Part shown: positions 19,044-29,259 of the stretch, piece by piece | Layout: every line of letters begins with the position of its first letter | Numbering within the stretch: the stretch's first letter is position 1 | Assembly: GCA_045640185.1 (NCBI GenBank) | Contig: JAZUEN010000045.1 | Coordinates: 1,088 to 65,087, forward strand | DNA from: Bacteroidales bacterium | GTDB taxonomy: Bacteria > Bacteroidota > Bacteroidia > Bacteroidales > SZUA-534 | Direction of reading: 5' to 3' | Length of the DNA: 64,000 bases | Made by a program: the position numbers and the translations under genes | Notes under the pieces: model-generated | Told to the model about the DNA's origin: nothing | Databases searched by the model: none | The model's input: the letters and a program-made list of their open reading frames with translations, nothing else

Positions 19044-19289
19044 ATGGAGAAACAAGAACTAATCGAAAAAATCAACCAAGTGTTGGCTGATGAATTTGAA
19101 GTTGAAGTAAACGACATCACTCCCGATGCCGACATCAAGGAAACGCTAAGCCTTGACAGCCTTAGCCTTGTTGACATGGTAGCTCTTATTGAAGAGGAAT
19201 TTGGTGTGAAAATAAAAGGCACCGAATTGGCAAGCGTAAAAACATTCGGTCTGCTATACGACTTTGTATTCGACAGAATGGATAAGTAA
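19044..19289 (+). CDS. Acyl carrier protein
   Basis: 81 aa, acidic, LDSLSLVDM...EEEFGVKI. Confidence 0.9.
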   Translation: MEKQELIEKINQVLADEFEVEVNDITPDADIKETLSLDSLSLVDMVALIEEEFGVKIKGTELASVKTFGLLYDFVFDRMDK

Positions 19290-19334
19290 TTTGTCCGCCA
19301 ATTCTTTGATTGTCCAAATTGAACCATTTTAGAA

Positions 19335-19757
19335 ATGACTCTTTTTGAAGGTGAAGAAATAAAGAAACTCATTCCACAACGCGAACCCATAATCATGGTA
19401 TCGCACTTCTTTGAGGCATCTTCCGAATGGGCAAAGACCGGACTTCAAATAACTGAAGACAACATATTCTGCAAAAACGGAAAACTCACTGAGCCTGGCC
19501 TGATTGAGCACATTGCCCAATCGGCCGCGGCTTTTGCGGGGTTCAATGCAACACAGTCAGGCTCGCAAGTCGTACTTGGCTACATTGGCGAAATAAAGAA
19601 TTTCGCTCTGCACCAACTGCCTCCAGTTGGATCTCTTATTGAAACAAGAATCAGCGTAGTGTCAGAAGTGATGAACGTTATGCTGATGAAAGCCTGCACC
19701 ATTTTAATCGACACCACCATTGCCGAATGTAGCATAAAATTGTTTATGGACAGGTAA
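19335..19757 (+). CDS. Hotdog-fold 3-hydroxyacyl-ACP dehydratase-like subunit
   Basis: LIPQREPIIMV...GLIEHIAQSAAA...GYIGEIK. Confidence 0.8.
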   Translation: MTLFEGEEIKKLIPQREPIIMVSHFFEASSEWAKTGLQITEDNIFCKNGKLTEPGLIEHIAQSAAAFAGFNATQSGSQVVLGYIGEIKNFALHQLPPVGSLIETRISVVSEVMNVMLMKACTILIDTTIAECSIKLFMDR

Positions 19758-19802
19758 TGGCTTCCGTCAACAATTTGGTCACACCTATTACAATCCAATA
19801 AA

Positions 19803-20180
19803 ATGTTACTGAAAGAATATTACAACGTTTTGTCGCAAACCGTCGACAATAACAATGGAAATAACATATTCCGCATCAAGCTAAACCCAGAACACGAGAT
19901 ATACAAGGGACATTTTCCTGAGAGACCAGTATCGCCTGGAGTATGCAACATTCAGATAATGAAGGAATGTGCCGAGCGGATTGTCGGCAAGGAATTGACC
20001 ATCAAGAACATGGTACAATGCAAAATGCCCGCAATGATAACCCCCGACGGCACCCCGGAACTTTCAGTTTCTGTTGCAATTGAAAAAAATGACGACGGAT
20101 ACAAAACCGTGGCATCAATATTCAACGAATCGACAACATACATCACATTTAAAGGGACACTAACACCAGAACAACTATGA
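19803..20180 (+). CDS. FabZ-like 3-hydroxyacyl-ACP dehydratase
   Basis: HEIYKGHFPERPVSPGVC motif. Confidence 0.85.
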   Translation: MLLKEYYNVLSQTVDNNNGNNIFRIKLNPEHEIYKGHFPERPVSPGVCNIQIMKECAERIVGKELTIKNMVQCKMPAMITPDGTPELSVSVAIEKNDDGYKTVASIFNESTTYITFKGTLTPEQL

Positions 20181-22663
20181 CTAGCCTAGCCATACGCATA
20201 TACCGTTTTTTCAAGAAACACAAAGCCGTAATGTACGCAACAATGTTGGCAAGCCTTGCCCTGTTTGCGTTCATCGGCAGTCAAATGAAGTACGAGGAAG
20301 ACATCTCGAAACTGCTTCCTGGTGTCGACCCTTCAAAATCCGAAGGCTTGGTATTCTCACAGTTGCAAATAAAAGACCGCATCTTCATACAGTTTGTTGC
20401 CAAAAACGACTCAACTAGCATCGATGAAGTAATTGAGTCTTGCGACATCTTTGTCGATTCATTGCTTGAACACGATGCCAACGACAACGACATACGCGAC
20501 GTTCTCTACCGCATTGATATGGACATGCTGATGAATGCCGCCACTTTTGCAGTCGAAAATGTGCCATCATTCCTCGACTCATCCATGTACGCCACTATCG
20601 ACTCGATGCTCACAAAAGAGAACATCGAATCGCAAATGGCTGAAAATCTCGACCTAATAATGTCTGGCGATGAACTGGCATATAACTACCTTGTTCCTTA
20701 CGACCCTGTCGGTTTCAGGAACCTTGCAATAAATGCTCTTGGAAACAAAAAAGATGAAAAGACAGGAAGTTTCACCATTTACAACCAACATCTGGTTACA
20801 ACCGACAGTTCAGTAGCACTGGTATTTCTAACACCGAATTTTGTAGCATTCGACTCAAAGACCGGCACAAGGCTTGCCAACAAGATTGAAGCCGAAATAG
20901 CAAGCATACAGAATGAATATCCCAACGTGGAAGTCCTTTTCCATGGCGCACCTATACAAAGCGTATTCAACTCTCGGCAGATAAAAGCCGACCTGATGCT
21001 GACCATGGGCCTGTCAATGTTGCTGATATGCATTGTTCTGCTGCTTTGTATGCGAAACAAATCAACATTGGCAATGCTTATATTCCCCATTCTCTACGGA
21101 ATGGCGTTCGCACTTGCCTGCGTTTATCTGGTTCAGGGACAAATGTCGCTTATGGCATTAGGAATTGGCGCCATTGTGCTTGGTGTGGCGTTGAGTTACT
21201 GTCTGCACGTAATTACACACTATAAATATGTAAGCGATCCCGAACGTGTCTTGCGCGAGCAAACCCGTCCTGTCCTGCTTGGAACCATAACCACGATTGG
21301 AGCATTCATAGGGCTTTTGTTCACAAAATCGCCACTGCTGCGCGATTTCGGAATGTTCGCATCGCTCGGGATGGTTGGCACTACAGGCTTTTGTCTCATA
21401 TTCCTTCCGCAATTTTTCCGTCCTGAACGCAACCGCAAGTCAAACAAGGCATTCAACCTGCTCGAGCGTTTCAACAGTTACCAATTCGAGAATGTCCGTT
21501 GGTTTATTGCATTGATAGCCATTGTTTTTGTAGGATGCCTGATAATGTCGCGCCACGTCACATTCGATTCCGACCTGAAAAACATAGGCTACTTTGAACC
21601 GAATGTCATGCGTTCAAGCCAATTATATGCAGAAAAGACAAGCAACGGATTTGCTACAACAAACTATGCCGTCACCGCACACAGTCTCGATTCGGCATTA
21701 ATATACAATATGGCACTCTGCAACACTTGCGATTCTCTTCAAAAATCAGGCATAATACAAGGTTACAGCAAGTTCGGCAAATTGCTACTCCCATTCGGAG
21801 AACAACAGAAGCGCATTGATTTCTGGAACAGATACTGGACCGACGAGAAAAGGCAAAAGGTAAAAACCGACATAAGCAAGGCTGGCGAAAAATTGGGTAT
21901 CAAGGCCGAAATGTTCCAACCGTTCTTTGAAATGATCGATGCCGAATACCAACCTACATCGCTTTACGAATCACAAGCATTGCCAAATGGCTTCATGTCA
22001 AGCCTTGTCGAACAGGTTGGCGATTCGTACCTGGTTTTCACATCAGTCAAGGCACCTGCCGAAAATGTAAGCCGCAACAACGGCATCTTTACCGCCCTGC
22101 CCCACACTGTAGTTGTCGACCCATTCTACTATACTGGCAATATGGTGAAACTGCTGAACGACGATTTCAACATTGTTCTCGGCATATCATCACTGTTTGT
22201 GTTTATTGTACTGTTACTATCGTTCAAACGACTATTGCTGGCAATAATCGCATTTTTGCCAATGGGCATGAGTTGGTACATCACGCTTGGCATTATGGGA
22301 ACATTCGGAATGCAGTTCAACTTGATTAACATCGTCATTTCAACATTCATTTTCGGCATCGGCGTTGACTACAGCATCTTCATAATGGACGGACTATTGT
22401 CAAAAGCACGAGGCGACAATTCTGCAAATCAAAATCTATTGCTATATCACAAGACCGCTATTGTTTTTTCAGCATTTGTATTGATAGTTGGAATTGCATC
22501 TCTGATATTCGCCACACACCCAGCCATCTCATCAATAGGCTTTGCCACACTGGTCGGAATGACATCTACTGTTGTAATTGCCTACACGGTTCAGCCATTC
22601 CTATTCAGGTTGCTGATGAAGACGAAATACAAAGACAAATTGATGAATCAGGCAAACGGCTGA
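20177..22663 (+). CDS. MMPL/RND-family lipid exporter
   Basis: Two repeats of a periplasmic domain plus 5-6 TM helices; GVALSYCLH and GIGVDYSIF. Confidence 0.88.
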   Translation: MTSLAIRIYRFFKKHKAVMYATMLASLALFAFIGSQMKYEEDISKLLPGVDPSKSEGLVFSQLQIKDRIFIQFVAKNDSTSIDEVIESCDIFVDSLLEHDANDNDIRDVLYRIDMDMLMNAATFAVENVPSFLDSSMYATIDSMLTKENIESQMAENLDLIMSGDELAYNYLVPYDPVGFRNLAINALGNKKDEKTGSFTIYNQHLVTTDSSVALVFLTPNFVAFDSKTGTRLANKIEAEIASIQNEYPNVEVLFHGAPIQSVFNSRQIKADLMLTMGLSMLLICIVLLLCMRNKSTLAMLIFPILYGMAFALACVYLVQGQMSLMALGIGAIVLGVALSYCLHVITHYKYVSDPERVLREQTRPVLLGTITTIGAFIGLLFTKSPLLRDFGMFASLGMVGTTGFCLIFLPQFFRPERNRKSNKAFNLLERFNSYQFENVRWFIALIAIVFVGCLIMSRHVTFDSDLKNIGYFEPNVMRSSQLYAEKTSNGFATTNYAVTAHSLDSALIYNMALCNTCDSLQKSGIIQGYSKFGKLLLPFGEQQKRIDFWNRYWTDEKRQKVKTDISKAGEKLGIKAEMFQPFFEMIDAEYQPTSLYESQALPNGFMSSLVEQVGDSYLVFTSVKAPAENVSRNNGIFTALPHTVVVDPFYYTGNMVKLLNDDFNIVLGISSLFVFIVLLLSFKRLLLAIIAFLPMGMSWYITLGIMGTFGMQFNLINIVISTFIFGIGVDYSIFIMDGLLSKARGDNSANQNLLLYHKTAIVFSAFVLIVGIASLIFATHPAISSIGFATLVGMTSTVVIAYTVQPFLFRLLMKTKYKDKLMNQANG

Positions 22664-22687
22664 TTCGCATTAACTTATAAAACGAAA

Positions 22688-22721
22688 TAAGGTGTGGTTG
22701 CTCAATAGCAGCCACACCTTA
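22688..22721. terminator. Bidirectional terminator-like hairpin
   Basis: taaggtgtggttgct / agcagccacacctta between the MMPL gene and a convergent small ORF. Confidence 0.75.
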
Positions 22722-22741
22722 ATCATCTGCAAGAAGCAAAA

Positions 22742-22849
22742 CTATTTGGTTTTCTTCTTTTCCGATGTTTCTGCAGCCTCTTTTGTGGCGTAAGCAGGAA
22801 CGTGTTTCCCGTGCTTTGCCTTTGGCTTTTTGTTACCAGCAGCTCCCAT
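22742..22849 (-). CDS. Unannotated 35-aa Lys-rich small protein MGAAGNKKPKAKHGKHVPAYATKEAAETSEKKKTK
   Basis: ATG..TAG, 108 nt. AGGAGG lies 8 nt upstream of the ATG. Followed by the 22688-22721 hairpin. Confidence 0.6.
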   Translation of the reverse strand: MGAAGNKKPKAKHGKHVPAYATKEAAETSEKKKTK

Positions 22850-23074
22850 AGTTTGAACCTCCTATCAATTTAATTAGTCATTAAAAACATTGAGTTGTTC
22901 GGTTACGAAAAAACATAGCTGGACGAGCTCTTGTGCCTGTCAATCAAAAAACGCACAAACAGGCCATTTGTGACAAAATATGTCGATTGTGGAAATTGTG
23001 GCATACTGACATTGTGACACAATAAGTGTAATGCTTATAAAGCAACTTTTAGTTTCCACTATCGGCTATTTTTA

Positions 23075-23082
23075 TACCTTTG
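23075..23082 (+). promoter_or_regulatory. Bacteroidota -7 promoter element (TACCTTTG)
   Basis: TAnnTTTG ~60 bp upstream of the DASS transporter. Confidence 0.55.
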
Positions 23083-23140
23083 CAAACTCATTTTTAAGGT
23101 TGAATTTCTTAATTAACACTAATAATAAACATCAAAAAAA

Positions 23141-24688
23141 ATGGACACAAAAAAATTGATTAAGTTATTGATTCCATTTGCGTTGTTTCTGTTCGCATGG
23201 TGCGTTCCGACATCGTTTTACGGAATCGACGCATTAACCGTGGTTCAACAACGTGTTATTGCAATGTTCCTTCTCGCAGCACTTCTGTGGATTTTCGAAC
23301 CAATTCCAAACTGGACAACATCAGTGCTCGTAATTGTATTGTCGTTGCTGACAGTATCAAACAAGGGCATCGGTTATTTCTGCAACCCTGATTTTGGCAA
23401 ATTGGTATCGTACAAGGAAATCATGGCCGCATTTGCCGACCCTGTCGTAATGCTGTTCTTAGGCGGATTCGTTCTTGCCATCATGGCATCAAAATACGGT
23501 CTTGACGTTACACTTGCACGCATTCTGCTGAAGCCTTTCGGCAAAAAGCCAAAAATGGTTTTGCTAGGCTTCCTTGTAGTGATTGCAGTATTCTCAATGT
23601 TTATGAGCAACACCGCCACTGCTGCAATGATGCTTGCATTCCTAGCTCCAGTGCTTGCCGTATTGCCAAGCGACGATAAAGGCAAAATCGCACTTTCTCT
23701 TGCAATTCCTGTAGCAGCAAACCTTGGTGGCATAGGAACACCTATCGGCACACCTCCTAACGCTACTGCCGTCAAATTCCTGGCTGAAGCAGGTTGCGAA
23801 GTAACCTTCGGTGAATGGGCAATACGCATGATTCCATTCGTTATCATAATGATTTTGGTTGCTTGGATTTTGCTTCAGGTATTCTTCCCATTCAAGTCAA
23901 AGGAAGTTGTGCTCGACATCAAGAAAAGCGAGCGCAAGACCGACTGGAAGACAATAGTTGTCTGGATTACATTTATCGGCACCATCCTATTGTGGGCTAC
24001 CGAGCAATGGACTAAAATCAACTCTAACGTAGTTGCCCTCATCCCACTTGCAGTACTTACCTGCTGTGGCATTTTCACAAAAGACGACATCAAGGAGATC
24101 AACTGGACAGTTCTTTGGTTGGTTGCTGGCGGTTTCGCCCTTGGCACCGACCTTCAAGGCACAGGTCTTGCAAAGGTTCTTATCGAGGCTATTCCATTCG
24201 GAACAATGGGCGTTGTGCTTGTATTCGTAATCGCAGGTTTTGTCTGCTATTTCCTTTCAAACTTCATCAGCAACTCTGCTACTGCGGCATTGCTTATCCC
24301 TATACTGATTGTAGTTGCAGAAGCAATGGGACAACCTGAGGCTGCTAGCCACGATTCATTCATGGCACTCGGCGGAACTCACGCAATGATTTCATTCATA
24401 GCAGTCTGCGCTTCAATTGCAATGCTATTCCCAATCTCCACTCCTCCAAATGCAATTGCAGCATCAACCGGTTTGGTTGAGACAAAGGATATGGCAAAGA
24501 TTGGCATCTGCGTTGGTGCAATAGCATTCGTTCTTGGCTATTTCTGGCTGACAAAGATTTTCCCATTTGAACAAAAAGCGGAAAATGCACAGCCAGCACC
24601 AGCAGTCGTAGAAGCACCCGTAGTTGCCGACACTATTGCAACTGCCGACACATTAGTTGTAACTGCTGACTCGGTAAATGCGCAATAA
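23141..24688 (+). CDS. DASS/SLC13 family sodium-coupled anion symporter
   Basis: FMSNTATAAMM, GTPIGTPPNA, FISNSATAALL, PISTPPNAIA; multiple TM helices. Confidence 0.93.
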   Translation: MDTKKLIKLLIPFALFLFAWCVPTSFYGIDALTVVQQRVIAMFLLAALLWIFEPIPNWTTSVLVIVLSLLTVSNKGIGYFCNPDFGKLVSYKEIMAAFADPVVMLFLGGFVLAIMASKYGLDVTLARILLKPFGKKPKMVLLGFLVVIAVFSMFMSNTATAAMMLAFLAPVLAVLPSDDKGKIALSLAIPVAANLGGIGTPIGTPPNATAVKFLAEAGCEVTFGEWAIRMIPFVIIMILVAWILLQVFFPFKSKEVVLDIKKSERKTDWKTIVVWITFIGTILLWATEQWTKINSNVVALIPLAVLTCCGIFTKDDIKEINWTVLWLVAGGFALGTDLQGTGLAKVLIEAIPFGTMGVVLVFVIAGFVCYFLSNFISNSATAALLIPILIVVAEAMGQPEAASHDSFMALGGTHAMISFIAVCASIAMLFPISTPPNAIAASTGLVETKDMAKIGICVGAIAFVLGYFWLTKIFPFEQKAENAQPAPAVVEAPVVADTIATADTLVVTADSVNAQ

Positions 24689-24708
24689 CTAATTTCTATC
24701 AATACATC

Positions 24709-24742
24709 AAAAGCACCGGTGCACCGCATCGGTGCTTTTTTG
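24709..24742 (+). terminator. Intrinsic terminator
   Basis: aaaagcaccggtgc / gcatcggtgctttt plus T run. Confidence 0.8.
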
Positions 24743-24925
24743 TTACATACAGCCAACAATCAACAAATTCGCATTCGGTTTTTCCCTAACAGCTTTACAC
24801 ATCATAACACACTCATAATCACCATAATGCAAAAACACCTGGCCATAATAATAGAAAAACGACATATTTTATATAAGATAGATATAGAATACGTTTCAAT
24901 TGCTTAAATTTGAAACGTAAATGTT

Positions 24926-26824
24926 TTGTCAATGACAAAGAAGGCCATCACAACTATCCTCGTCACCTTATTGATTTGCATAAACTATTATGCAACAGCC
25001 CAATATATGTCTCCGGAAGACGAAGAAAAGATTGGACGTCTTGAGGAATTGGCATCGAACTATTACAATGAGAACAACCTTCCTAAAGCGGCACAGACCT
25101 TCAATCTCATTGCAAAGTCATATATGAATTACGGATATATCCCAAAAGCCGTAACCAATTTCAACAATGCCGCAGAAATATACATCCAACTAAACAAACT
25201 CGAAGAGACCCGCAACACATATACTAACATTGCCGTTGCGTATAGCGAGATTGACGAATTGGAACTCATGTGTCAATACTTTGAAAAAAGCCTTGAAATA
25301 CGACGCAAAATTGGCGAAAGCAACCAACTTGCATCAGGACTTATCGACCTCGCCTTTGGCTTAAATGCAATAACCCACTATGATGATGCAATAAAGTTGC
25401 TCGAAGAGGCGCTAAAGCTATCTTCCGAAGCAAACAACACGTCGTTAGTACTTGAATGCTACAAACAATTATCGAACAATTACAAGCAGACAGGCAATCT
25501 ACGATTGGCACAAGAAATGGCGAGCAAAGCCGAAACATACGCTCAAAACATAAATAAAGAAGCTACTGCCCGTGAATATGAAACTCGAGTGCTAAAATCA
25601 GAATCGAAATCAGCCGTACTGAAAAAGGAAAACAGCGAACTACTTGCGCAACAATTGGAAGACCAGCTGAACGCCTTGAAACTAAAATTAAGACAAGACT
25701 CACTTGACAATGAATTGAAGGCAGAACAAGAAAGATTCCTTGAGGAAGAGAGAAAAACAAATGATGCAAAGAAAGAGGCAGAACGGCTTGCTCTTGAAAA
25801 CAAGAACAAGGAGCTTGTCAACGCTCAATTGCTCGCTGAAAGTCAAACATTTAAAATATACATTTATATTGCAATTGCCGTACTTATTATAATATCGATT
25901 TTTGCAATATTCCTGATCCGAGCCAACCGAATCAGAAAACTGAACAACATCAAGCTGGCCCAACAAAATGACGAGATTATCAAAAAAGGTGAAGAACTGA
26001 ACGATGCACTGAAAAAAATCGAGCATCAGAACCAGAGCATAACACAAAGTATCAACTATGCTAAAGGCATTCAGCAGGCCTTGCTACGCAAGCAGGAAGC
26101 TCTAAACGACTACATAAAGGATGCTTTCATCTTCTTCAAGCCTCGCGATATTGTGAGTGGCGACTTCTACTGGTTCAACGAAGTCTGCATAAACCCTTCA
26201 AAATCACTGGAAGAAGCCGACTTGTCGGAAAAAAGGTTTATAGTCACAGCTGTCGATTGTACTGGCCACGGTGTTCCTGGTGCATTCATGTCCATGATCG
26301 GCTTTAACCTGCTTAATGCCATAACCGCAAATGGAACGTACCATGCCAACGAAATCCTGGAGCAGCTGCACATTGGCGTACAGAACACTCTGAAACAAAA
26401 GGAGACACTGAACCAAGATGGCATGGATATGGCCCTATGCGTTATCGACCCAAGCACAAAAACCATTGAATATGCTGGCGCGAAAAACCCTGTCGTGTAT
26501 ATTCAAGGCGAAGAACTGAACATCATAAAAGGTGACACTGATGGCATTGGTGGCAAAGAAGACAACGTAAAATTCACATGCCACACCATAACCATTGATC
26601 AACCCACATGGTTCTACATCTTCTCCGACGGCTACATTGACCAATTCGGTGGCGAACTTGGCCGCAAATTCATGATCAGCAACTTCAAGAAATACCTGCT
26701 AAGCATACACAACGAATCGCCCGAAACCCAGCGCGAAATGCTCAAGCAAAACATCATAGATTGGCGAGGCACTAAATACAATCAGCTCGACGACATGATG
26801 GTCATAGGATTCAAACTTGAATAA
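24926..26824 (+). CDS. TPR-sensor membrane PP2C/SpoIIE-family phosphatase
   Basis: Signal peptide, TPR repeats, coiled coil, one TM helix; PRDIVSGDFYW, VDCTGHGVPGAFMS, DGMD, SDGYIDQFGG, DD. Confidence 0.9.
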   Translation: MSMTKKAITTILVTLLICINYYATAQYMSPEDEEKIGRLEELASNYYNENNLPKAAQTFNLIAKSYMNYGYIPKAVTNFNNAAEIYIQLNKLEETRNTYTNIAVAYSEIDELELMCQYFEKSLEIRRKIGESNQLASGLIDLAFGLNAITHYDDAIKLLEEALKLSSEANNTSLVLECYKQLSNNYKQTGNLRLAQEMASKAETYAQNINKEATAREYETRVLKSESKSAVLKKENSELLAQQLEDQLNALKLKLRQDSLDNELKAEQERFLEEERKTNDAKKEAERLALENKNKELVNAQLLAESQTFKIYIYIAIAVLIIISIFAIFLIRANRIRKLNNIKLAQQNDEIIKKGEELNDALKKIEHQNQSITQSINYAKGIQQALLRKQEALNDYIKDAFIFFKPRDIVSGDFYWFNEVCINPSKSLEEADLSEKRFIVTAVDCTGHGVPGAFMSMIGFNLLNAITANGTYHANEILEQLHIGVQNTLKQKETLNQDGMDMALCVIDPSTKTIEYAGAKNPVVYIQGEELNIIKGDTDGIGGKEDNVKFTCHTITIDQPTWFYIFSDGYIDQFGGELGRKFMISNFKKYLLSIHNESPETQREMLKQNIIDWRGTKYNQLDDMMVIGFKLE

Positions 26825-26856
26825 AACTGTCATTTCACTATTTCAACACTACAGCA

Positions 26857-29025
26857 ATGCAACCGACGATAGGCGAAGGCCTGGAACAGCGACTATACGC
26901 CCTGTGTTCGCAGTGCGATGTCGAAAAAATCAAGCAGGCATCATCTTTTGCCAAAAAGCAATTATGCGGCACAACCAGAGAGACTGGAGAAGATGCCTTT
27001 ATGCATGTTGCCAGAGTCGCAACAATAGCCTCAGAAGAAATAAGCCTGGGACAGACATCGGTGATTGCCGCACTACTGCACGAATGTCCTATTGCCGACC
27101 AATCAATATGCAATGAGATAAAAGACTTATTTGGGGCTCAAGTGCTATCCATCATAGCCGAAATGGATAAAATCAGCCATCTACAAAAAGAAAAACTGCA
27201 ACTGAATAGCGAAAACTACATTTCGCTATTGCTGACAATAACAAAAGACGTTCGGGTAATACTTCTGAAATTGGCCGACACTCTCGACAAGATTCGCACC
27301 ATAAAAGCATACCCGGCAGAACGCCAGCAAAAGATAGCGCAAACGGCACGCCTGCTATATGGCCCCATCTCCCATCGTCTCGGACTTTATCATATCAAAA
27401 CCGAATTGGAAGACATTTCCCTCAAATACATCGAGCCTGAAATATACTACGGCATAGCCAGAAAACTGAATGAGACAAAAAGTAAAAGGGAACAATACAT
27501 TGAAAACTTTAAGCAATCTGTCAATGAAGCATTGCAAAGCAAAGGATATATATATGAAATAAAAGGACGTCCGAAATCAGTCAACTCAATATATGGGAAA
27601 ATAAAGAAGCAAGGCGTGGACATTTCTGAAATATACGACCTGTTCGCCATACGAATCATTTTGGACAACATTCCTCCAGAAAAGGAAAAAGAGGAATGCT
27701 GGAACGTTTACAGCATCATCACCAATATATATACACCAAATCCGACACGACTCCGTGATTGGATATCGACGCCACGGCCAAGTGGATACGAATCGCTGCA
27801 CACGACCGTTACCGGCCCCGATGGCCATTGGGTTGAAATACAGATTCGCACACGGCGCATGGATGACATTGCCGAAAAAGGACATGCCGCCCATTGGAAA
27901 TACAAATCTTCAGGCAACGACGAATCACACGACAAATGGCTAAGCACCATACGTGGCATCATAGAAAGCAAAGACACCTATTCATTTGACAGCGAAAACA
28001 CCTTGCAAGCCAGCAAGACTCTGCCGACAAATGTATTTGCATTCACGCCACAAGGCGATATCATAAAACTAAGGCACGGGGCCACTATTCTTGATTTCGC
28101 CTATGCCATTCACAGCAACATTGGCAACACATGCACTGGTGCCCGAGTAAATGGGAGAATCGTCCCCATCAGGTATGAAATCAGCAATGGAGACACCATA
28201 GAGGTAATAACCTCAAAAACACAAAAGCCCAATATGGAATGGATAAACATTGCTGTATGTCCTCAAACGAAATCGAAAATACGGCATGCGCTAAACGAAG
28301 AAACATTCCGTCATGCCGATTTAGGGAAAGAAATGCTCGAAAGGAAAATCGCACAGCTGAAACTCGACTTCAATGACCAGACGATTCTGCAAATGATAAC
28401 GCACTTCAAGTATAGGCACGCCCTCGACTTCTATCAAGACATTGCCGACGAGAAAATAGACATAAAGGAAATACGCGACTTCCTACAAAGCCAGACCAAC
28501 CCCGACGACACGCCACAAGCCGAATTCCAAGAAACCAACAGTGACTATGTCGCAACACACGTCGATTCCGACGATTCTCTTGTAATCGACCGTGATTTGG
28601 TAAATGTCGATTACAAACTGGCACGATGCTGCCACCCCATTCCTGGTGACAAAATATTTGGATTTGTAACCGTTGACCGCGGTATACAAATTCACAGGCA
28701 AGGCTGCCCTAACGCAAAAGACTTGTTTTCGAGATATCCATACAGAATAGTAAAGGCTCGCTGGAACGACAACGAAAAAGCGTCAGTCTTTAATGCCGGC
28801 ATATTGGTAACCGGAGTTGACAAGCCTGGTGTTGTCAATCACATCACAGAAATAATAGCACAAAGTGAAAACATAAGCCTACGGGGACTTACTGTGAATT
28901 CGAAAGACGGCATTTTCAAGGCTAGCATATCCGTATTCACCAATAGCACGGAACAACTCGACTCGCTGTTGTCAAGCATTAGGCGAATAAAGGATATATT
29001 AAGAGCGGAACGAATCGAACAATGA
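26857..29025 (+). CDS. relA: Long RelA/SpoT homologue ((p)ppGpp synthetase) with degenerate HD domain, TGS and ACT
   Basis: GRPKS, YDLFAIRI, GYESLHTTV, EIQIRT, AAHWKYK, TGS (DFAYAIH), CC motif, ACT domain. HD reads HE. Confidence 0.9.
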   Translation: MQPTIGEGLEQRLYALCSQCDVEKIKQASSFAKKQLCGTTRETGEDAFMHVARVATIASEEISLGQTSVIAALLHECPIADQSICNEIKDLFGAQVLSIIAEMDKISHLQKEKLQLNSENYISLLLTITKDVRVILLKLADTLDKIRTIKAYPAERQQKIAQTARLLYGPISHRLGLYHIKTELEDISLKYIEPEIYYGIARKLNETKSKREQYIENFKQSVNEALQSKGYIYEIKGRPKSVNSIYGKIKKQGVDISEIYDLFAIRIILDNIPPEKEKEECWNVYSIITNIYTPNPTRLRDWISTPRPSGYESLHTTVTGPDGHWVEIQIRTRRMDDIAEKGHAAHWKYKSSGNDESHDKWLSTIRGIIESKDTYSFDSENTLQASKTLPTNVFAFTPQGDIIKLRHGATILDFAYAIHSNIGNTCTGARVNGRIVPIRYEISNGDTIEVITSKTQKPNMEWINIAVCPQTKSKIRHALNEETFRHADLGKEMLERKIAQLKLDFNDQTILQMITHFKYRHALDFYQDIADEKIDIKEIRDFLQSQTNPDDTPQAEFQETNSDYVATHVDSDDSLVIDRDLVNVDYKLARCCHPIPGDKIFGFVTVDRGIQIHRQGCPNAKDLFSRYPYRIVKARWNDNEKASVFNAGILVTGVDKPGVVNHITEIIAQSENISLRGLTVNSKDGIFKASISVFTNSTEQLDSLLSSIRRIKDILRAERIEQ

Positions 29026-29259
29026 CAGATTTCATGCAATAAACACCTCAATAATAGCGTTATTTATGCATGTCAGAAAAAAACCGATTTTTTTTTACAC
29101 CATGTGTATTTGAAATGTATTTTTTTGTAATATTGCAATGTTCTAAAAGACAATATGAGTTCTAATAAAAACTATAAAAGAAAACTTAAAATTAACCAAA
29201 GAAAACAATTTGAAATCCGGCGAAAGCTATTTTAATATTAACTTAAAATTCAAGAAAAA

